A stretch of 64,000 nt of DNA. Source: Blasia pusilla (Eukaryota). Within the stretch, counting starts at the first letter, position 1. The number at the start of each line of letters is the position of its first letter. The DNA lies in assembly GCA_050084515.1 (NCBI GenBank), contig CM114271.1:33418001-33482000 (forward strand). Reading direction: 5' to 3'. This document shows, in pieces, positions 11,710-23,546 of this stretch. The position numbers were made by a program, and so were the translations under genes. The notes beneath the pieces are model-generated. The model saw nothing but the letters and a program-made list of their open reading frames with translations, was not told where the DNA came from and did no database searches.

Positions 11710-12550
11710 TGCGGGCTAGGATGCGGGCCTTGAAGCCCGCCTCAAGGCCAGGTCGCAGGCTACCAAGCTCGCATGCGGGCCAGGTACAGGCCATGAAGCC
11801 CACGCACGGGCTAGGTCGCGGGCCGTGGAGCTCATATGCGGGCTAGGGTGCAGGCCCTCAAGCCCACATCTGGGCTGATTACACGCCGCATGCAGGCTAT
11901 AACACGAGCTCGCGCGCGGGCCTAGAAGCTTGCATGCGGGCTATAGTGCGGGCCCTGAAGTCCGGCTTGCTTTCAAGCCTGGGAGCTTGCCTGCAAGCTA
12001 GGGCAAGGGCATGCGTGCGAGCCGTCAAGCCCGCGCACGGGCTTCTTGTGGGTCTTGGAGCCCGGCTGCATGCTAGGTACTAGGCCGTCGAGACCGCGTG
12101 CGGGTTGATTGCGGACGTGGGAGCCTAGTGCGGACTTGCATTCGAGCCTCCAAGCCGGCCCGCAGGCTAGTTACGGGCTCTAGAGCCCACATGCGGGCTA
12201 TATTGTGGGCCGCCAAGCCCTCTGACGGGGTAGGCTGCGGGCATGGAAGCTCGCATACGGGCTACGGCACGGGCTAGTTGCGAGCCCTAGAGCTCGCGTA
12301 GAGCCTGCGCACGGACTCTTAGGCGCGTAGTGCGGGCTCTACGCGGGCCCTAAAGCCTGCGTGCGGGCTAGGGCACGAGCTTGCCTGCGGGCCCAAGATC
12401 CCGTGGATGGCCCGTAGTGTAGGCTTATAGCCCGCGCAAAGCTTGCATACGGGATACTTGCGGGCCTTGGAGCCCGCCTACGGGCTAGGGCGCAAGGCCG
12501 TGCATGGGCTCTTGGCGGGCCGTGCGGGCCAGGGGTTATGGGCGGGCCCT
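11710..12550. repeat. GC-rich degenerate minisatellite, ~31-32 bp unit
   Basis: Consensus approximately GCGGGCTAGGTCGCGGGCCTTGAAGCCCGCAT, repeated with divergence. Confidence 0.8.
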
Positions 12551-12580
12551 CTGATTTTAGTGAGGTATTAAAAAAAATTC

Positions 12581-12972
12581 TGTCACTATTATGGTTTGGG
12601 TGATTGACGGTTTGAGAGGTTGGAATAAGGTTGTTGTAGGAGAATATAGGTTAGTTAGAAATGAGAGTAATTAATGTATTTGGGATCCTAGTGGTGGAGA
12701 AAGGAATGAAAATATTAAAATAGATTTGAATAGGGTGGTTATATTGCAAAATAGGTCTGGTGGAAATTTAAACTAGATCAAGAAGTTAGGATAGGTCAAG
12801 AAGAAATCTAATAGGAGAATAAAAATAGGCTTATTAAAGAAAATTAATGGAGATCGTTTAGTAATCAATTTTAAGTGGAGGTTGATAATTTGGGGAGTTG
12901 GAAGGGTTCGTTCTCTTCCTTCCATCCTCCCCTATATAAACTTGCTCATTTTTCATAATCTCATTCCTCCCT

Positions 12973-13021
<49 letters not shown>

Positions 13022-13362
13022 GTTTTTTTTCTCCATAGATAGCTTAACTTGATAAGTGAGAATATATTTTGCCACTAGATAACCTTGATACTAAAGGTAG
13101 TTTGGTTATCTTGGTTAGCATATTGATCTTTCTTGTTCATAGTGAGTGTTCCAAGTTTTGTTATTGGAGCATTCACGGAGAATATTTGGTGTAATTTGCA
13201 TATATTTTACTGATCCATCTAATATTGATATAATAAAGAATTGGGAATTTCCCAAATATTTTTGGGTGGGGTTAGTGAGTGCCTGTAGTCATGACCAAAG
13301 CCAGAGAATTCCAATAGATTGTGAAGGAACATTGCTAAGAAGCACAGATGAAAGGTGGAACA
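12581..13362 (+). repeat. Probable solo LTR
   Basis: TGTCAC...GGTGGAACA, with CCTATATAAA at ~12932 followed by a (CT)n tract. No TSD. Confidence 0.4.
12976..13018. repeat. (CT)n microsatellite
   Basis: Direct inspection. Confidence 0.95.
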
Positions 13363-13369
13363 TCAAGTA

Positions 13370-15778
13370 GATGGCATACTCTCAATGCAACATCAGGAGT
13401 AGTCTTGGCTCCTACTCTGAATCAGAGCCCTCTCCATACCATTGTTCCTATAGGGTCATCAAAAGAGTGGCGTGTTGCTAGACAACTCAATGCGGATCCC
13501 AACACCCTTCAACGTACCCAAATCATGCATCCTAAATGAAAAATAGCTCCTATGACTCCTAAGGAACTGATGTATATGGCATTGATCTTTGCCCGTTAAT
13601 TTAGGGCCCATATTGCTCCCAAGTCTCCATCGTGACTACTATAAGACTCTCAGGCACGGCTATCTGTGATTACTATGGCGCAACCTCATCTCAGACCACA
13701 GAACTCGACTACTTCCTTGCAGTCAACTCCAAACACTCATGTCCTCCATATGTAGTACTGTGATAATCCTTGTCAAACACTTAAGGTCCATCAACTTATC
13801 CATGATATGATATCGTCATGTCTTTGATAGTGACGGCACTACCGTCACTCCTATGGAAAATCCCGTCGCCTGCTCTCGTTCATTGGCCTTTAGCTCCACC
13901 AACCACTATGCCTCCTCATCCCAAACCAAGCTTGGATTGGCCTCCTTGTATGCATAGGAAGCGGGAAAACTCACAAAAGTGGGAAAGGCTGCCTGGGGCA
14001 TGCCAATCCTTTTGACCTCACAGTCAATGGCGGTCGATCATGATGCCTCATTCCATGTGATCAACAAGGTGATCAATACAACCGGGTTCCATAATATATA
14101 GAATCCATCAAAAAATGGGAGGGGCACTTCACTCTCACATACGTCCTCCGCAACACCTCATGTGGCACCAAGTTGGTCCACCATAGATGCGGGCAAGGTT
14201 GCACGAGATGTTCACGGACATGTCGCCCAAGCACCTACGGCCCGTATCTAAGCTCGCCCATGGAGACCGCCGAGCCTATAACGGGCATCTGGGTTGGCCG
14301 AGCCCATATCGGTTTTATGGCCCACGGCCAAGACCGTGCAAGGCCCACACATGGCGCGGCTCCTATAGGCCAAGAGCCTATCCAATGGGGACCTAGCCCG
14401 CTTTGTGTAGGCCTCGCCACGGGCCACAAAAGTGGTGCGGGCTCAGCGAGCCCAAGTGCTCGCTACCGGCTTGACGGGCTTCAAGGGCAGGCTTGGGATG
14501 CGCAATGCGGGTACCTTGGATTGCACGAACATGTCCATCTTAGGGATAGGCATAAGCCCGCAGATATGGACACGTCCGCAAATACAGAATCTGTTAGTAT
14601 GCAATCCTGGACGCGGGCGATGTGCTCGTGAATCTACACTTCTTGCATCCAAAAATTCTAATGGGTCGATTAAAGCACGCACATGCTTGGGACTGGTCAC
14701 CACTCGTAAACTCGAATCACCCAAATTCGGCATATTCTCTAGGATGTACACTGGAATCTCATTATCCGTTTGATTCATGGCCATGGGTGGACTGATTGAA
14801 AGACGGCAAGGAGAGATGGTGATGTTAGCAACATTTGGTAGCGCCATCACTTGGCTTGATGATTTGATTGAGGGTCATATCCATTTAGGGGAGACACTTG
14901 CGCTTGACACTTCTACGCAGAGGATTGTAAGAGAAGCCGCATCATTCCATAGAGGAGAGGTGCCGCTGTGGGGCTCGAGTGAGAAGCCTCGAGGCTCGGC
15001 GGATGAGCACGTGCAGATGGCGTGGAGGAAGATATTTGCACAAGAATGTGATGGCTCAGAATAACCCGAGGTAGCTGGGAGTGCTACGATGACACCCTTG
15101 GACACCACACCCATTATGTGGTGCACTCCATCGGGTACAACACTACTCCTCTGACCAAGATATTATAGGACTCAAAATCGATCACTATCGCCTTGGCTCA
15201 CACAATAGACTCATTTGATGGATGTCTGGGTCGAATCCTCACCACGACCTCATATCCGGTAATGAACTATGTCATATTTGCTCCACCCAAGGATGTCTAT
15301 ATCTTCAATGGGCAATGATTCACATTGGCCCTCGTAGGCCCAACCTTGTAAATGGTGACTTCCCCAACATCAAGGATTGCGCTCTTGAATCCAAACAAGA
15401 CATGTTGCGGGAAAATCACTCTACCTCCTAGACTCATCAAATGGAAAACATCTTTCCGGTTATCTAGCAACACGACACCTAGAGAAACTATGGCACACTT
15501 TATCACGGGTCTAGCAGGCATCTCCGCCATCCTAGCAGCCGCAACTTGCCATGAATTTTGGGTAGACAGCCCAAGCAAAGGCTCCAAGGCCAAGTCCACC
15601 ACCTCTAAACGTGAGGCACTAACACCAACTCGACACTCACATAGCCAAGCGACCAGTTGGAAAACCTTAACGTGCATACCTCCCAACATCATAATATTGG
15701 AAGGGGAAAACCATGGGGTGCGGTACAATGTAGTATGTGGCACCCCCAACAATGTAATCACCACATGCTCCTTGTGAA
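13370..15778 (-). mobile_element. DNMT-Gypsy copy 2, rearranged (RT start, DNMT motifs VI-X, inverted linker, protease)
   Basis: GGCTCCTACTCTGAATCAGAGCCCTCTCCA at ~13407 is identical to 201-230. Also ANEREQATGFSIGVT (motif IX), VYILENMP...LDARSVDSRAHRPR (motifs VI and VIII), and ORF 15297-15764, which is homologous to 2437-2823. Confidence 0.88.
14194..14609. mobile_element. hAT-type MITE inserted in DNMT motif VIII
   Basis: Ends are CAAGGTTGCA and TGCAATCCTG. 8-bp TSD GATGCGGG (14186-14193) / GACGCGGG (14610-14617). The insert is absent from the homologous site in copy 1 (~1140). Confidence 0.85.
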
Positions 15779-15789
15779 TATTTGACGTA

Positions 15790-17780
15790 TGTTGTTGTCA
15801 ACTTTTTCTTCATTGACATCCCCTAGATTGCATCAGCGGTGGTTCTTACCATTTGGGTTAAAGAACGTTCCGACAAAGTTTCAAAGGGATATGGATAGGA
15901 TTTTGATAGGTTTGGATTTTGTTGGGTGTTATATTGATGACATTGTAGTCTTTAGCACCACGGTTGGGAAGCATGAGCGACATCTTGAGGAGGTGTTTTG
16001 ATGATTGCAGTTACATGGGCTGAAGCTATATTTAGGTAAGTCTAGTTCTTCTACGACCAAATTGAGTTCTTGGGTGACACAATATGCCTAGGTGGCCTTG
16101 GTATTCAGTAGATAAAGGAAGAGGCTATCTCACGCATTCCATGCCCTACAGATGTGAGTCGAGTTCTTGAATTCATGGGATTGGAGAATTTTTACCGACG
16201 GGCTTTAGTTTGATTGTAAAGCCGCTAACCTTAGTGACTAGATGGATCACGAGTGGCAATAGGGAGATAAGTACGTGAGAGCATTTTTTTTGCTCGAGGA
16301 TATGTTGACGTTTGCGCCCATATTGAGGAGACTTATCTCCTCAATATGGACGTCCTTTCCAATTGCATACTAATTCGAGAATGTTAATGTTGGGACTTGG
16401 AGCGCTGCTCACACAACATGATGATGAGGGTAGAAAAATTTTGGTGGCTTACAATAGTCGCTCAAACAATAGTGCAGAGGCAAAGTATAGCTCGTATGAG
16501 GATAAATGTTTGGCGCAGTGTGGGTTGTCGCATATTTTTCAAGTATTATTTATTTGGCAATCCCTTTATGTACCATCATTACTCATCATCATACACTTAA
16601 GTAGTTAATGGAGTTTGACAAGCTTACAATAAAGCTTGTGAGGTGGGCTCTATTGTTGCCAAAGTATGATTTCCATGTGATACATCGATATCTACCTAAG
16701 ATGCTGAACCAAGATGTAGATGGGTTGAGCCTTAACCCATGCCTAAGTTAGCGAGATACGACTGGAGCTCGGTGGCATGGAGAGAGAGATAAGGAGTTGG
16801 TGCCTGGATGGCAAGCGTCAGCCTATTTAGGCTTGTTGGCTATGGAGAGCGAGAGTGGTAAGACTTCTATTGCGAGGTCTAATGCAGAGTCCTTAGATCT
16901 AGAGGCCAGCGAGGAGGCGATAGGTGGCCGAGATATTCACTAGGATGGAGAATTCTTTGAGTACTTGTGTACAAGCAACGTTGCAAGCACAATGGATGCT
17001 AGAGAACGGGATCGGATCTAATAGCGAGCTTGACGGTTCCGGTGGGAGTGGACATATATGTTGCAAGTTTGGGAGTATATATGGAAGAGTATGTGTGGTT
17101 CCACATCCTTTGTAGAGAGCATGATTGGTGCAATATTCGGACAAGGAGTTGTGTTACTTTGGAGTGAAGCGGACATATAGCTTGCTCTAGATCTAGATAT
17201 AATATTGGTGGCGAGATATGCAGACTCATGTTCAAAAATTTATTGCCAAGTGCATGGTGTGTAATGGGATCTGGGTGTCGTTCAGTACTTTGACTCCACA
17301 GTTGCATCCATTTCCGATCATGCATTTAGGTTAAAGATTGAATTTGGATTTTGCATGACCTTTACCTTTAATGTAGTGTCATAGTCGTTATGTGTTGGTG
17401 ATGGTCGAGCACTTCTCGAAGTGGATAGAGTTGGTTGCATTTCCTGAAAAAGCAAGTGAGGGAGTAGCATATGCCTTCCTAGATGGAATGTTGAGTCATT
17501 ATGGCGCACGATTAGCTCTTGACAGACAAGGGTACAGAGTTTTACGGGGAGTTTGAGGTCTTGTATGATCAGGCGTTGATTGACCACCGCACCACTTCGC
17601 AAGATCATATTGACGCAGATAGACTAGCCGAGAGGCCGAGTTGTGCAGATGGTGAAGAGAGTTTTATGCAAGTATGGCTTGCAAAGAGATCACCTTGGAG
17701 ATTGGGACCTCTAGTTGCCATGGTTAGCGATGCAATACAGAATCAGCAGATAACTATCCTTCAAGTCTTTCTCACCGTAC
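15790..17780 (+). pseudogene. Gypsy RT C-terminus, RNaseH and integrase (degenerate)
   Basis: LPFGLKNVP...CYIDDIVVFS; FQLHTN...LGALLTQ...VAYNSRSNNSAEAKYSSYE; FGVKRTYSLL...KCMVC; MVEHFSKWIELVAFP; TDKGTEF...HRTTS...ADRLAER. Confidence 0.85.
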
Positions 17781-18215
17781 TGGGTCTTCTAGGGGCCCTG
17801 GCGGGCCACGCAATGCGTGCAGGATTCTTCAACCTAGGTGTACGTGGTGGGCTCCAAGACGGGCTCGGGTGCATGCTGGCCACGCGTGCCCGGGCCTACA
17901 CAAACATAGACAGATCCGCGGACACGGACTTTAGTCGTGTGCAACCTTGGTCTTTAGGATAGATCAATGAGATCTAGTAGAGCACCTTCAAGGATATTGG
18001 AGGACATGTTTAAGAGGTCTAGGATGACCTTCTGAGGCCACGGGTAACCTAAGAGAGCAGGTTTTCCCTTCATTTCGGCTCATTTAGAGCCATATAGAGA
18101 ATCTTACTATTTCAGGAAAATTACCATTTTAAGTATAGTTGACTTTATACCTTCGTAAGTGGCCCTTGACCTCCTAAAGCACGTCGACAGCCAAGAAGGT
18201 AACATGTGAGCATAG

Positions 18216-18634
18216 TGTTGGATTCTCAACATCCACTTCTCGCAACGTCATTAATTTGATCGGCTCTTGTATGAGGAGGAGCCTAGATTGATGGTTCCGA
18301 CTTAGGCGTCGAAAGAGTCATAGTAATATGACGTATGTGGCTTATGGAGTGGCATTACTAGGATTCTCTAACCCTATATTGCATCAAGGTGTGGGGCAAT
18401 ATAGGGAAAATATTTTCTATAAATAGAAACAAAGAAAAATAGGTTAAAAACCCTAGTTTCTCGAGGAGTGAAATAGTTGGGAACCGCAACGGTAGTGCAT
18501 TCTCGTATTTCGAGTTATCTCCATGTTCAGGTTCTATCGAAGCTCTTTTATGAGCACACGGACGGACTAGGCCACTTTGTATCTCCAAGATTTGTAAATA
18601 TTTTAATGATTTCATCACATTATATTTTCTCACA
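18216..18634 (+). mobile_element. Solo LTR with 5-bp TSD
   Basis: TGTTGG...CTCACA flanked by CATAG (18211-18215 and 18635-18639). Strand label is relative only. Confidence 0.85.
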
Positions 18635-18737
18635 CATAGGTTACCGTGGAGAGAGATTGGGAGAGAGAAGGAGGTATACCCAAGGATAGAGAGCTTTAGA
18701 GCTCATTCTCTCTTTCTTGAACCTCTTGGCATGAGGT

Positions 18738-19131
18738 TGTGAAAAAACAGAAAGTGACGAAATCACTGGAATCTTTATAAAACTTAGAGATATAAAGTGG
18801 TCTAGTCCGTCTGTGCGCTTACAGAAGAGCTTCGATGGAACCTAAACATGGAGATAACTCGACATACGAGAATTCGCTAACCCTACGGCTCCCGACTATT
18901 TCACTACTCGGGAAACTAGGGTTTTTTACCTATTTTTCTTTATTTCTATTAATAGAAAAAATTTGTTATAGGGTTAGATAATCCTAGTACGTTGCTCCAG
19001 AAACCATCTACGTCATATTACTATGACTCCTTCAACGTCTAAGTCGAAACCATGTATCTAGGCTTCTCCTTATACAAGGGGGCCGGATCATATTAATGAT
19101 GCTCAGAGAAGTGGATGTTGAGAATCCAACA
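18738..19131 (-). mobile_element. Solo LTR of the same family in the opposite orientation
   Basis: TGTGAA...ATCCAACA is the reverse-complement homolog of 18216-18634. TSD is degenerate (GAGGT/AAAGT). Confidence 0.8.
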
Positions 19132-19210
19132 AAAGTGGCCGAGCTATGGTCCTTCTTGCCTTGTGTGTGTAACCTAAGCCTCTTATTCGGAGAGTGGGTT
19201 TGGTTTGACA

Positions 19211-19211
19211 T

Positions 19212-19237
<26 letters not shown>
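19211..19237. repeat. (GA)n microsatellite
   Basis: Direct inspection. Confidence 0.9.
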
Positions 19238-19243
<6 letters not shown>

Positions 19244-22062
19244 TGTTAGATACTTGATTTATTGGAGATATTTTGGCACACGATTGTTGTCATGTGTACA
19301 TACCTTGAGTGACGAGGATCAAGTATGGGAGCTTGAGTATTTTTTTGTATGTTTGGTGACAACGATGTATATTGTGTAGGGATGTGTATGTGCACGAGGA
19401 ACCAAGCAAATAACCACAAGACTACTCTATGAATGGTTGGTCTTCCAAAATGCACTGAGCATTCATCTTCAATTAGTGATGTTGGGCTTACCCAAGAGCT
19501 ACGTGTAAACAAGTGAGGTTTCAAATGAGGATATTGAATGGAACCAACCAATGGTGCTTGTCCAAATGTCTATGCAAACCCAAGATGTGTAATCCCAACA
19601 AACTCTAAGTCCTAAGTTAGAAGTTAAATCCTTGCTTGAAAATCCCAACCCGAGAAATATAACAAAATGTTTTGAAAGTGGAGATCCGCATATAGCCATT
19701 CTTGTTGATGAAAATAGACAAGAGCATAAAAGAAATGTTAGCTCTTCTCATCGTGGAAAGCTAACATTGCTCCTAGACAAGGGTATTTGACTAAAATCCT
19801 CCTCGAATTATGCCCTCATCCCTTCCAACATCTTTAGGAGATTTCCACCATTCCGTAATGGAAAAATTAGGGTGGGATTACTCAACTCAAAAAATACTAT
19901 ATGCGTGCTCTCTACGTCATGGAACCATCTCCTTCTTCAACTCACTTAAACCCAAACATGATCTAAATATTTTCTCATATCTTTACGATCCTTCAATAGT
20001 TTCTTAACATATGAAAAATAGTTTCCCCTTGAGTGAATAAGTTTTTCTATAATTTTTATCGAAAAACAACTCCTTCTACTCCTTTAGCAATAAAATACTT
20101 CAACAAATTGATCGATTTCTTGTTCTTCAATACACTCCAGAAACAAAATCATATTATTAATCAATAGTTCGAAGTTATACTTGGAAATTATTGGATTGAG
20201 AGATGGGTTTTATATTCTAGGAATGAAACCATTATTCCCACTTCAGCTGAAGCTTGATAGCAAAACTTTTTTGAGTGATTAAGTTGAGAAATTGGAAGAC
20301 CAATCTATTATGAGAGTTGGATTTGTTCCATTTCTAACAAGTTTGTCCTTCAATCCATTACATAAGAATACTTCCCCAACCTAACGCATCTTAGCAAGCC
20401 ATCTGTCAAGGTTTACTCTTCGCATGGTTGATAGATTCATCGACTGTCATAGGTTTTTCATATCCATCCTTGGTTCTGTGGTTGAAGTTTGTATCCACTA
20501 AGGAAGTCTTGTTGAAATGTAAGGCTACCCATTGCCACGAGGACATTCACTTATGCCGAATTTGAGTGTTATGTTGCCCAAAACCCTTCCTCTTATTACT
20601 CAAAATACTTTGTCTCTTATTTTGACTCCTCTATGTTGACAATAGGAAGATTTGTTACTTTGTTGATTTTGCCTTCCTTTCCTAAAGATTCCCCCATTTT
20701 GCCTCATTAAAATTACAATACCCATGTTACTTACTAAGATGCATGGTTAAAACCATTGTTTTAAATTTACACATAGGAAACATAATATGTAAAAAAGAAA
20801 AATAAAAAGTCATTCCCCATTGTGAAATTAAGAGTCACGTACAGATCAACACCACAAAAAAAAATAAAAAAATTAGGTATCATCGAGAGGTTTAAATTCA
20901 CACCATACAAATATAGGGTAAGGGCACTAAACAACAAAGGTCTAGTTGGAGGCAAGGAAGATAGTAAGATAGAAGAGTGAGATTCTCATTTCCTTCAATG
21001 ATACAATTGATTGGTAATGTTCTAAAATATTTTTTCAAAACCCTGAGTAGAAAAAAATACATATGCTTGAATGGGAAGTAATTCTTTCGAGTTGTCTCAC
21101 GGTTGACAAAGTCATCATATGAGCAACATGGAAAGTAACATATGTGAACAATGTAAATTACTACTATATTTGAATTATATGTATTGCCTCTAATACTGTA
21201 CATGCAACATATTCCATTCCCACTTAAGACATGTCGTGATATAAGAATCTCCATATTAGATGCCTTGGTGAGTGCAATCCGCTTGGCCCAATCAATAGTG
21301 CATCTCAACGTCCTACTCTTCTTTACTCCATTCTAAGTTGTGTGAAGATATTTTGGAAATAAGAAATGTATTCTATATGTCTACATTAATTTATATTTGA
21401 TCGGAAAAGAAAACTCTTTGTAACATGTATATGCAAATGTTGGATGTGTCCCCCGTGCACCAATCAAAATCCTATATATAGTTGATAAAATATCAACCTT
21501 ATCATGTCTTTTAGGATCAATTCACGAGTTTGGTAAAGAGCCTTCAAGAAGATTGGAGGATAGCCTCAAGAGATCAAGGATGACATGTTGAGGCCTCAGA
21601 GCATATGAGAGAGCAAGTTCCCCTTTGTTTTTGACCATTTGGAGCCATATAGAGAAACTTACTATTCATGTAAGTTTCTACTATGAGTATAATTGATTTT
21701 CCACTTTGGAAAGTGGCACTTCACCCCCTACAATAGGTCAAAAGCTAAGGAGGTGACATCTAAGCATAGATTACCATAGAGAGAGAGCTTGGGAGAGAGA
21801 AGGGGGCATGCCCAAAGAGGGATATTTGAAGCTCATTCCTTCTTTGTTGAACCTCTTGGCATGAGGCGGCAGAGCTATGGTCCTCCTTGTAGCCTAAGCC
21901 TCTCATTAGGAGAGTGGGTTTGGTTTGTAATGAGAGAGATGGGTTTTTTGAATGATCTTGATTTACAAGATCACAATATATACTCGCATGACAACCTCCT
22001 CTTGAGTACTATTTATTCCAATAAAAGTTGGCCAAACCTTAGAAGTGTGGCCACCTATTCCG

Positions 22063-22517
22063 CAAGGTTGCATGGACATGGACAAGTCCATCCATGGGAT
22101 AGACATGCCGACACACATGCCTCGTACGCATCCAAGCCCGCCACCAGCCCGCACCCATTGTGTGGCCTGCAGTTGGGTCACGGCGTAGGCTCAAGGCCTA
22201 GGGCGGGCTTGGTGCGAGCTCAAGGCCCATGCACGGCCTGCAATAGGCCCCCATGGCGGGCTTTGGGCCCAAAAAATTTGGTCCAACAGACCAATTTTTG
22301 CAAGCCCAAAGCCGGACGTTGGTGACTAGTATGGGCCCTACGCATGCCTCGAGCCCTTACCCTGCTTGGATTGTGGGCCACGCAATGGGTGCGGGCTCAG
22401 ATACGGGCTTGGATATAGGCTCGGGTGCGGCCCTCGCGTTCATGAGGCCTGCACAGACATGTCTGTCCATAGGACGCACATAAGTCCGTGGTCACGGACT
22501 TTATTTATGCAACCTTG
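22063..22517. mobile_element. hAT-type MITE
   Basis: Perfect 11-bp TIR CAAGGTTGCAT / ATGCAACCTTG and a GC-rich interior like 14194-14609. TSD not preserved. Confidence 0.7.
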
Positions 22518-23023
22518 TTGTACTGGCCATCATCGCTACACATTTTTAGAATGGGTAAGAATCATTGGTAAAAAATCATTACTTTGTGTGGTCACTAGTT
22601 TTTGTATAATGTATAACATTTGAATCTTGAGATTTGAATTCTTTTTTACATATTAGATTTTGTATGGAAGAAATCAACGCACAAGCATTGCCGATTTTTT
22701 CAATAGATTTGGGGCCGCGGGATGATCAATACCGCAATCAGTAGCAAATTGGACTTCCAAGTTGAAATCTGAGTTCTTGAGGTCATGTTTCCAAGAGTTA
22801 TATTCTCTTTCTTTAAAATGGCATATTGTTTCGATGTCAATGTTAAGTACTTTTTTGATTGAGGGGTTTGAATTATCATTCTTACTCTACAATGCTCTTA
22901 GAGACTAGAACCTGATTGACATGGATTAAGTTATGTGCCATGATGTCGTCCGTAGCCACAATGCGCCACTAATTTTTTTGTCATGCTGCTTAAGGTTGCA
23001 TGACACCGTCAAGTGTTCCACCC

Positions 23024-23319
23024 CAAGGTTGCATGTGGATAAAGTCCATGTCCGTCCTATGGAAGGACTTGTCCGTATGGGCCCACCTTTCCCTTCTTTC
23101 TCATTCCCCTTACTTGCCTTCGTGTTCCATACTCCCCCATTTCTTCCTCCCTCCACTCCACTCCCTCCTTCCTCATTGCTCCTCTTATCCTTGCCTTGCC
23201 TTCCATCACAGACTAAAAGTGTGGGTCCCACCTCTTGGAACCCATATCTGTGGACATATCCAGACTTGTCCATCCATGTCCGTCCTAAGGAAGGACTTGT
23301 CCGTTTTTGTGCAACCATG
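23024..23319. mobile_element. hAT-type MITE with perfect 8-bp TSD
   Basis: CAAGGTTGCA / TGCAACCATG, with TTCCACCC at 23016-23023 and 23320-23327. Confidence 0.88.
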
Positions 23320-23546
23320 TTCCACCCTCACTATATCTAGAAAAAAAAGATTGTGTCATTGAACACACATGTCATCTCTAAGGATGTTCATCATGAATAC
23401 CTCCTTAACTGACTACCATAAAATACCCCTCTAGTTATCAATATAACTTCTAAGGTTGCATACAGACAAAATTTGTGTCCATATACTTTTCCATAATCGT
23501 GGACTTATGTCCATGTGGGAAATATTGCCCACATCCCGCGTCCATT

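Noticed and set aside
11710-12550. CRISPR-like array
   Set aside because: Contiguous degenerate tandem units with no unique spacers and no cas genes, in a eukaryotic context.
19250-21400. Possible integrase or gag remnants
   Set aside because: Only faint, frame-broken hints; no motif set I can support.
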